Source: Camelus ferus
Lineage: Eukaryota
Length of the DNA: 64,000 bases
Direction: 5' to 3'
NCBI RefSeq assembly: GCF_009834535.1
Contig: NC_045696.1
Coordinates: 19,966,001-20,030,000 of the forward strand
Below, piece after piece: positions 63,151 to 64,000 of this stretch. Within the stretch, counting starts at the first letter, position 1. The number at the start of each line of letters is the position of its first letter. Both the position numbers and the translations under genes were made by a program. The notes under the pieces are model-generated. The model worked only from the letters and a program-made list of their open reading frames with translations. It was not told where the DNA came from and made no database searches.

Positions 63151-64000
63151 ATAGACCAAAGCAGGAGCAGTGATTAGTTTAGGTTCAGGGAAATTGGAGC
63201 ATCTGGCACAACATTCCTATAACACAGCTATCCTCCCTTGTCTGTGTCTCCAAAGCTTAGGCAAACTGGCATATGGATCTTTTTCATATGCTGTAACCAC
63301 ATCTTCCCTTCCTTATTTGCTAATTAGTCTTTTATCTAAATTTCCACTTAATCCTGCTGAAAATAATATTTTACAACATATAGAATATTTTATAGGTTCC
63401 CCATGGAGCTCTCAGTCTGAAATATTTTAAGATTATAATTATTCTGATTTAAAATATTTTTGTGAAATTTTAAAAAGTTACTTACATGCATTATCACTGT
63501 TAACCTTGATTTTTGTATAATACTAATATATTCATATAATAGAAATGATTAAACTGCAGTTTAATTTCCCTTTTAAATTATACTCTGAATCATGAGGCTG
63601 TCACCCAGAGCAGGTGGAGTAGTTGACTACTTTAGTAAGGCAGTAGGTTTGGAACCCAAGTTTAGACCATAGAAGGAAAGAAGTATTTCAAATTCCTAAA
63701 GAGCCAGTCTGAAGGATTCAGAGCAGAGAATTCCAACGTGGAGGGAAGCCAGCTGGGCTAAGTGATGTTTATTCTTTAGTTAAGGATTACATGACATGGC
63801 AAAAATAACACTTTTCTCTTCTGGTGTGGATTAAGAGAAAAGAAAAAGAAAGAAAATAGGGAAGGTAAGTGACCAAAATTATTTCTGTTCTTCCGTCTTT
63901 GATCTGGTGTTAGGTAAACTGAGCCAAGGAGAGGCACAGGGACTGTGGCTGTATTGGCACAAGTGTGTCCATGGATGTTATCGCTATTTAGGGCAGTCCT

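Noticed and set aside
1..64000. Prokaryote-type systems (operons, CRISPR, defence islands) or a novel multi-gene system
   Set aside because: The window is mammalian repeat-rich non-coding DNA with no ORF above 138 aa. The remaining ORFs are unrecognisable, and many overlap repeats or low-complexity sequence.

Overview
AT-rich mammalian non-coding DNA (gene desert or large intron). It is probably from a camelid or related cetartiodactyl. This is inferred from recalled L1 3'-tail sequences and from the absence of Alu, B1, BovB/Bov-tA, PRE-1 and Can-SINE copies. No intact protein-coding gene, RNA gene or CRISPR array can be supported, and almost all ORFs in the track look spurious. The only protein-like signals are a decayed class-I (gamma-like) ERV pol (tether, RNase H, integrase; ~5.0-6.9 kb) and the C-terminus of a LINE-1 ORF2 (~38.7-39.3 kb). 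The first 10 kb is a nest of LTR elements: a truncated, env-less ERV1 with its 3' LTR, a solo LTR inserted in it (TTGG TSD), a MER41-like solo LTR (CTAC TSD), a MER21-like LTR and an MLT1 carrying an L1 tail. The rest is old MIR/L2/L1M/MLT/MER repeats separated by repeat-free, motif-rich blocks that look like cis-regulatory elements. I did not find a convincing new biological system. The best leads are an orphan 63-nt minus-strand exon candidate (31731-31793), a perfect DR5 retinoic-acid response element formed by an 11-bp tandem duplication (49615-49631), two enhancer-like motif clusters (~43.1-43.6 kb and ~60.3 kb) and a 26-nt microexon candidate (37320-37345). Repeat family names come from recalled consensus sequences and need RepeatMasker/Dfam confirmation.
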